NCBI GenBank assembly: GCA_050084515.1
Contig: CM114271.1
Location: 40,052,001 to 40,116,000 of the forward strand
Source: Blasia pusilla
Taxonomy: Eukaryota
DNA length: 64,000 nt
Direction of reading: 5' to 3'
Part shown: in pieces, positions 53,401 through 64,000 of the stretch
How positions within the stretch are numbered: position 1 is the stretch's first letter
Layout: each line of letters opens with the position of its first letter
Translations under genes and position numbers: made by a program
The notes under the pieces: generated by a model
What the model saw: the letters and a program-made list of their open reading frames with translations, nothing else
Told to the model about the DNA's origin: nothing
Databases searched by the model: none

Positions 53401-56062
53401 GAAGCTTGCAAGGTAGGCTATGTTATTGCAGGAGTATGACTTCTAGGTAGTGCATAGACTTGGGACGCTCAACCAAGATGCATATGGTTTAAGCCGTAAC
53501 CCATGGCGAGTCAGCTAGATGCAACTGGAGCTTGTTGGCATGGAGAGAGTGATGAGGAGTTGGTGCTAGGATGGCGTGCATCAGCCTATTTGGGCTTGTT
53601 GGCTATGGAGAGCCACATTGTTGAGACTTCGATTGCAAGATCTGATGGAGAGTCCTTAGATCCAGAAGCCACTGAGGAGACGATAGGTGGCCAAGAGATT
53701 CACGATGATGGAGTGGTCTTGGAGTACCTACGTACTAGCAGCGTGGTGAGCATAGTGGGTGCTAGAGAGCAAGATTGGATCCTACAGTGAGCCAGACGGT
53801 TCCGATGGGAGGAAACATGTATGTTGCGAGTTTGGGAGGATGGTAGAATAGGTCTAGTGCCTCATTCTTCACAGAGAGCACATTTGGTGTGTTATGCCCA
53901 TGAAGAGTTGGGTCATTTTGGAGTGAAGCGGACGTACAGCTTGCTCCAGATACAATATTGGTGGCGAGGCATGCAGACTAACGTTCAGCAATTTGTTACG
54001 AGGTGCATGGTTTGTTATAGGGTCCAGGCATTGTTCAATGCTCCGAGTCCACAGTTGCATCCACTTTTGATCATGGGTTTAGGTTATGGATGGAGTTTGG
54101 ATTTTGCAGGACCTTTATCTTTGACGGAGCACCATAGTCGTTATGTGTTGGTGATGGTTGAGCACTTCTCGACCATCACCAACACATATGAGTTGGTTGC
54201 ATTGCCTAACAAAGCGTATGCCTTCCTAGATCGAGTGCTGAGTCATTACGGGGCGCAGCGGTTGAGGTGTTGATAGACCAAGGTACAAAGTTTTGCGGGC
54301 TGTTACAAGCCTTTTTGATTAGGCCCTGATCGACCACTGCACCACTTTGTGAGATCATCGCGAGGCAGATGGACTAGCGGAGAGGGTTGTGCACATGGTG
54401 AAGAGAAGATTGTGCAAGTATGGCTTGTAGAGAGGTCACCTAAGAGATTGGGACCTTCGGTTGTCGTGGTTGGCCATGGGATACAGATTCAGCATGTAGG
54501 CATCCTTAGCGTCTTTCTTACTGTACTTGCTACCTGTTGTAGTTGGATTTACCTGCAGCCATTCATCGAGATGTTGGTGAGGTGATGAACCTTGATGACC
54601 TTGATATATGGATGGGAGCATGTTATTATAGGGCAGAGTTATTTCGGAGAGTAATTCCCATGGCGTTTGAGAACTTGGCGATTGCGCACCATCGAGATAC
54701 GCTGAGCAATGTGAATATTCGGGGAGGTGATTATCGACCTACTATCCGGAGGTTTCATCAAGGAGACTATGTCTAGTTGCAATAGACGGCATCTACGAAG
54801 TTGGATGTGACTCTATGGCGCACTATCTTGAAAGTGCATGAGGTTTTGCCATCTGATGTTCTCTTATTGGAGGGACGCGATGGTATGGTTTAGAATGACC
54901 ATGTGCATAACTGTGCGCCATATCATCTTCCTAACATTGATGATATAGTTGATCTAAGATTAGCAGTAGTTCTTGCAGGCTTGCGATGTATGTTGTGTGG
55001 TTCCTTTCGTGGTGTAGCCACAATGCTAGTCTGTGATCGATTTTCGAGAGGATGGCATATGGCATATTTGACGCCACCTCTCACTAGGGTTCTTTGGGGA
55101 CGATGGGTGTGTCCTAGATGTATATAGAGTAGGTAATTCTAGATTCCTACTTGTGTCTATGACATCGATGACAAGAAGGCGACTAACGACGAGGCCATAT
55201 GAGCACCCGGCCTTTTTGCTCTTAGCGTCCGAGAGATGTATGTCATGGTAAGTAGGGATAGATGGCTATATGCAGTTAGAGGGACCTAACCACCAACTAG
55301 GGGGCGATTGGAGACATTTTAGTACTTCTCGTCTCGTTGTTTGGATGCCATGAGTTAGCATGGGATCGTGCGTATTTATATGTATGTTTGGTAAGAACGA
55401 TGTATGTTATGTAGCGTTGTGTATGTGCACCACAACTATCACATATTTTAAGAAAGATTGGCGAGATCTAGTAGATTGCCTTCGGAGATGCTGGAGGACA
55501 GCCTCAAGAGGTCGATGATGACCTCGTACGGCCACGGGTCATCTGAGAGAGCAGGTTTCTCCTTTGTTTCGGTTTATTTTGAGCCATATTGAGAAACTTA
55601 CTATTTCAAGTAAGTTATGATTTTTTGGTAAAGTTGAATTTTCACTTTGGGAAGTGGCCTTTGATCCGCTACAGCAAGTCAAGAGCCAAGGAGGGGACCT
55701 CCAACCATAGGTTACCGAGGAAAAGGCTTGGGAGAGGGAAGGGGGTCATACCTCCAAGAGAGAGAGCTTGAGAGCTCATTCTTTCTTTGTTGAACCTCTT
55801 GGCATGAGGCGGCGGAGCTATGGTCCTCCTTGCCTTATGTGTGTTACCCAAGCCTCTCAGTATGAGAATGGGTTTGGTTTGACATGAGAGAGAGTGCACA
55901 GCATGGAGAGCTTGGTGTGAGACCTTGTGAGAGATGTGATTGATTTTATTGGAGATATTTTGGTATTTCTCGTCTCGTTGTTTGGATGCCATGAGTTAAC
56001 ATGGGATCGTGCGTGTTTGTATGTATGTTTGGTGACAAAAATGTTTATGTATGTGTACGACA
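50500..56062 (+). mobile_element. Second, 5'-truncated copy of the DNMT/PHD Gypsy family in opposite orientation
   Basis: DNMT ~50830-51760; RT ~52300-52900 with YIDD; RNase H ORF 53093-53374; integrase ORF 53821-54273; PHD ~54980-55127; CTAGGGGGCG then Y (55307-55434), X (55437-55947), Y (55948-56062). Confidence 0.9.
50830..51760 (+). pseudogene. Retrotransposon-borne C5 cytosine methyltransferase domain (copy 2)
   Basis: MLDLFGGI, LYVE, IDLVIAGWPCKG, ILENVP, AHRSRVWWTN and ERAMGFP-like motifs, with stops and frameshifts. Confidence 0.87.
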
Positions 56063-57299
56063 GCAGACACAAACTTTGTCCACACGAAACCTTGCTAATG
56101 CCTTCCTCATGTTATGGGTTTTGCAAGAATTGAGAAGGAGATGTTGAGAATGAATTTCATGGAATATAATGAAGAAGAGTTAAAATTTATTGAGGGTGAA
56201 AAACAACACTCTCTTTTCACAATGCACTCTTCCGTCCAGTAACAGCACTGGTGCAGTCGGCGGCAAACAATGACGTAGTTGGCCACTAGGTGTAGTTGGC
56301 GGCACAATGTTGGCTGCTCCATAGGGTCAAGCCGCAATCGTAACCAACTTAGCAAGGCGGCCGAATGCAGTCGAATGGAGCAGACGGTCGGCACAGTCGA
56401 CCTATTACTGCGGCGGCAACAATAGACTGGACCGTAGTAGTTGTGAAGGCGGCTGCACGATTGAACAGATCCTGTGGCAGGTCGGACGACGGCGGACGGT
56501 GGGGAACACAGTCCGCCGAAGCATGCCAAGGCTTGACGGCCGTGAGATTAGTCGGGTCTGCCGAGGCAAGCTAAGGCAGCTACCGAGCCTTGCCGCGTTT
56601 GGCGCCGTGGAGTCCAAAAGGTCTGCAAACAGGCAATCGGCTACAAGGAAATACCGACAGTCTTCGCCGGAAGGAGTTCGCAGTGAGGTAAGCGGCGGTG
56701 AGTGGCAAGCAGCTAGGGCAGCAGGCAGCCAGGGCAACAGGTGCAAGCGCGTACCGACACTACGACGCAGTTGCGGCGGCAGCTGGATCCCTAATGCGAC
56801 TGCAGCGGAATAGCGGGCCGGCGGCTGTAGTCGCGGTAGCAACTTAGAGACAAGTGAGCGGCCGAAAATAGCAGCTATGTGGTTTTTGGCAGCTGCAACG
56901 GCAAGCTAGGCCTGACGAATACGGCGGGCAAGGAATGGGGGAGGAAGGAAGTCGCGGCTCCTCCGCCGCACTAGTAGCATTGCTAAACGCGGCAGGTAAG
57001 AGGACTAGGTGGGGTGGCGAAAAGGGAACCAACGGCGTAGGCACCAAACACGGTAGTCCACAACAAGGTCCAAAATTTAGTCAGTCATACCCCTAAAACT
57101 TCGAATCTTCCCCCAAGCCATCCCACTAAGTCCACCATTAGTGGGTCAACTCTCTTGCAATAGGATTTTACTCCAAGAGCACCCAAGGAAAGGTGTGTTA
57201 CTTATCCTATCCACTCAACATAAAAGCTTTTTTCTTTTCTACCTCTCCAATAAGGATTTTACCAAAGGAGACTTCAAATTTCACTCACACTGTAGCACG

Positions 57300-59729
<2,430 letters not shown>

Positions 59730-62499
59730 CTGGAGACTTATGTCCGTGTTGGTTGAGGTTCTCGCTAGCTGCACCCAAGCCTGCTCCGCTCGCAACACAT
59801 ACCCCGGCTCAACCAACCCGTATCCAAGCCCATTAACCCAACGATAGTTCTTGCCACATGCTTTCTAGCGTGCGTCAGGCCTGCCTTTGTTCCGCACCCT
59901 ATTGACCTGGCGCGAGCCTAAGTTTCCTGACCCACGTTAGCCTGCATCATGTCCGTAGCCCACACGTCGGTTTAGTCCTTGGCCCATATTTTTAATTTGA
60001 GCCCATACGTTTTCCCACATCCCGAGGGTGCATAGGCAAGCATGGTACCAAAAAAATCAATTGGAGGATCAATTTGGCATGTCCATGAACATATATGAAC
60101 TTGTCTTGACAAGTCCGTCCATGGATGAACAAGTATGTGTCTGTTCAAGGTTGGGCATTAGCATATGAATGTAAGAAAAGGTAAATATGATGAGAAAACA
60201 AAAGAAATTATTATATGAATATAATGATATGGGCAAATTTTTTTAACAATGTACGTACAAGACACAAAAGCAATATTCTTCGTGTTGTAAAATGTATGAG
60301 TTTGCACCTTGCCCTCATCAATGAGTTGACTTATGTTACAACTCAATTCAACTCATAAATCCACATGAATTGAATTAAAATATAATAGCTAGTTAAAAAT
60401 TGAAACATGAGTTTCATTTTTATGATTTACCAAACTAATAGAGTCATATCCTCATTACTTATAAAGTAAGTATTGTTAGATATATGAAAATGACTAATAA
60501 AATAGACTTTGAATATAAATATCATCAAATACTGTATGAGAAAATGATTTAAATCAAATGGGTTCCAAATTCGTATTAAAGTTAGACCTCTTTAAACATT
60601 TACGATAAAAGATTTATTATAAGCTTTAGTACGAATAAATTTAACTAAGAATATTGCAATTGAACTTACATTATCGATGAAAGATGCATTTTCTTTTATA
60701 ATCTTTAGAGCTATGGATTCTTTCCATGATATAATTTTTTATTTTTTATTTAAGGTTTATTTTCTTAGAAGATAAATCCACATACTCCTTGTCCATATAT
60801 GAAAGCTTGGACTTCGTTTGAAAAAACATTAATCATTCATTTAAGGAAAAGAAGAAGAGGAAGTATTCAACAAGACTAATAGCATTGAAATCACTATCAA
60901 TTTGTTGCAAAATTCATTTTTTCAATAAATTTTGGAAAAATAGAATTATTAACCATGAGATCACTTTAACTTCTTACAATCTACAAATGTTTTTCAAATT
61001 TAGGGATTCAATCTTCCCATAATTATTTAAATACTACCCCAAAAATAATTTTCATAAGTTTTTGTTTTCAATTGCGAATATCGAATCTCATCTCTAAGAA
61101 AATAATTTATTCCTAACTTTTCTATGTAAACCCTCATCTCTGTCAGAAAACAAATTGATTAGAAATATTAGTTCTGAAGGAAAAATTCAATAAAACACAA
61201 ATTACCAATTTAATATAAGAAGTATTAATCTTTTATTAGATTTAACGAAATATATTTTTTTCAATTATTGGATGGCTTGCAATTTTTTCATGATTCATTA
61301 TATATTTATATAAAGTAGGACTTAATTTATTTTTAAAAACATATCCTTTTGTATTCCATATAGGCTATCACTAATTTTTTTAAGAGAATTTCAATCATAA
61401 GTCTGAATTTCAGAAAACAAAACCCATCAAAGAGGCATATGATTTTGATTAATGCATTCAAAGGAGTTAGTGTTTGAGATGTTCTAACGCATGGGGTGTC
61501 TATTGCAAGTCTCATTTTGGTGAAGATGGTTCGTGTCTGAATCCTACACCTTCCAATTTTATAGCAAGTGGAGGAAGGATGGGTGGTCAAATGGAGAGTG
61601 GGAGAATTTCCAAATACATGGAATGCACACAAATAGAGAATGGATGGATGAAGGATCGAATATGAAAAGCAAAAGGATATTTTTGATGTTATATTAGTCA
61701 TATATTAATGACCTAATCCCTTAGTCATTACCAATAAATGAGTTGGTTTTTATGACTCTACGTATGATCAATTATTACAAGTTATCATCAATAACTCAAC
61801 GTAATCATATATTAAAGTCTATTGCAAGATTTTGTTCTAGTGAAATGATAAATCATCTTCTATTCCTTCTTAAATGCACTCCAAGAGGGATGGAATCTTC
61901 ATTTTGTGATGGTACTCTTGCTTGGTGAGAAGGAATATAGGGATTGTCTCAAAGAGTCTAAAGAAGGACGTAGATAATAGAGAGTCTTGGGAGTGCAATG
62001 AGGTGCAAGAGGTTATGTTCTTATTGGTTCCTTGTGTGAGAGAGATGTACTGACTTATGCATGCAAGAAATTAAGTCTAAATTCCGACCATCATCTCCTT
62101 AAACATTGAATGACCCCTCAACATAAGAATATTGGGCTTTACTTGATAGTGATCACACAATAAGAAGACTTTGAACCCAAGAGCTTATGAAAAAATTGAT
62201 AAGAAGGAAATATGTATATGATATCTAAGAGTCTCTTCAAGGAGTATTGTGGTGAGCACTATGCTTGATGAGAGACTCAATCTCGTAAGAACCATATCAA
62301 GGTAGGAAATTACGCAAACTCATCAATAATTAAAAAATGATTGTTGTATGAAGATGCAATAGGTTTTGGACTTGGTCAATTGTAGGTATGAATATCAATT
62401 GAATTGTAATAAAAATGTGCAATGTATTATGTTTTTCAATAGACAACGAGACCCATAATCTCCCTTTTTTGGAAAGTATGTCTACTCTTAGGGATGTGT

Positions 62500-63950
62500 G
62501 TCAAAACATACTCCCTCTTGTGAAGAGACGGGTAATTGATGTAGGAACATTAATTTCTCCACTTGTAAGGAAAAGAAAAACGGTTCATCTCTCTCTTTAT
62601 CCTCTGGTTGGTAGAATTTGTTTTCTATCCAAAACATGACAAAATCATCTATGATGGTGGAGGGCATTTGACCTTGAAGAAGTATCCAAAACTATCAACA
62701 TCACAAGGGGGTCACTTAGAAAGTGCAAAAGTCCAATTCTAATATCTCCTCCAACATTCCACAATATGGGAGTTCCCCTCTGAAAATATTTGTGCCGTCT
62801 CTAGATGCTCATGACTCTTGCTCAAAACTGCAACATACTCCATTTTCTTAGTTCTCCTATGTCGTTCATCTAATCCATTGGGTCTAAAGACCTTTAAGGG
62901 CAATCCATACTCCTATCCACAACACAAACTCCCTCTGAATAGTTGAATTGCTACTCCATCCATAGCTCAAGGTACGTGTCTAGATTATGAGCCATCTTTA
63001 CCCCTATAACAATTTTTTATAGGGGCAAAGTTTTTGTAACATGCATCGTGTATGAGCAAATTTTTTGGTGGTTACTTAACCAAATATACCATAAGGAGTT
63101 GAATGTGAGGTCTCATATTACAAAACTTCAAGAATATAGAACCCATATCTAGAGTGATCAACTCTAGGATGAGAAAATCCCTCTTCATAACAAGCCAAGG
63201 TGGAATAATATAGTTCACCAACATGATTAGCCACACAGAGCCGCTACATGGACATTCCGCCAGTCGCAAGATCTGATCGTACATGACAAAAATTTGCTCG
63301 CCAATCTAGGGATGTGCTCTCCAAATGCTAGTTGGCTGGAGAGTCCACCACAAAATGCATCGTCAGCATGCATGCCACACCATTAAATCTTTCAGTAACC
63401 TTACTCTATACATATGCAACAATCATTGCATGTTGGAGAATCGAAGAAGAACCTTCCAATGAACATCTCCTAGCACATCTTTTTGGTATCGTGTGGCTTG
63501 ATAATATGGATAAAACTCAAGGATAGCCCATGCCCAAGATGTAGGAACTTGCCACAAGGGCATGGATGTATAACCTCATAGTATAGTCCCATCTGGCTCA
63601 ATGGTTGTTGGGCGGATGATTTGGAGTTGGGGAAAGTACTGTTCCCCCTTGTAGCAATCCATCGTGTAGTTGGCTGATCAACACATTCAAAATAGATAAT
63701 CGCTCCTGAAAGTTCAGAAGAAGCAAGATAGCAACCACGCAAGATGTTCAAGCGCCTTGATACGATAGAACTTGCGCATATTCATCCAAATAATCTCTGT
63801 TAGAAAATGGGCATCATCCAAATCTAATTACCATATTGTATATATATAATGCAAGATGGTGCCATAATGAGAAATCTTCTTAGCACAAGTTGGTGGATAT
63901 CTTCATGATAGACTACCAAATGAATTTTACAATATGGTGATTAGATTAGG
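62500..63950 (-). pseudogene. CACTA/EnSpm Tnp2 transposase relic, internally deleted
   Basis: MGLYYEVIHPCPCG, SVWLIMLVNYIIPPWLVMKRDFLIL (Transposase_21-like), YCGMLEEILELDF and DEPFFFSLQVEKLMF (DUF4216-like) in broken minus-strand frames. Confidence 0.75.
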
Positions 63951-64000
63951 ATGATGCCCGTTTCTAACAGCAATGGAATGTGATTGCAAAAAGTCATTCA

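Noticed and set aside
56107-57047. GC-rich ORFs of 100-145 aa
   Set aside because: No domain signal; resembles the GC-rich leader of the Gypsy family (compare 48500-49100).

Overview
Repeat-rich eukaryotic DNA, probably from a non-seed land plant (inferred from the plant-type gene and TE repertoire; the species cannot be determined). One intact host gene is visible: an 11-exon multiple inositol polyphosphate phosphatase (MINPP1-like histidine phosphatase) at 27891-36142 (+), ending in KDEL. The rest is mostly decayed transposons: a CRE-like non-LTR retroelement, a Tourist-like MITE dimer, two Helitron-like remnants, an intronic LINE fragment and a CACTA relic. Two systems stand out. (1) A ~12 kb Mutator-like element (~6500-18410) carries a GCM/DDE/SWIM transposase and, divergently, a gene fusing a ParB/Srx-like domain to a beta-class N4C/N6A-methyltransferase-like domain. 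Its non-coding parts hold about 25 or more copies of a 27-bp palindrome (GCAACCCGTCGGAnTCCGACGGGTTGC), 11 of them in a 67-bp-period array between the two promoters, suggesting a ParB/parS-like self-recognition and marking system. (2) A Ty3/Gypsy family (two coding copies plus a 5' remnant) encodes a C5 cytosine methyltransferase between protease and RT and a PHD finger after the integrase. It has split direct repeats (X-internal-Y-X-Y) instead of ordinary LTRs. All calls are by eye; no searches were run.
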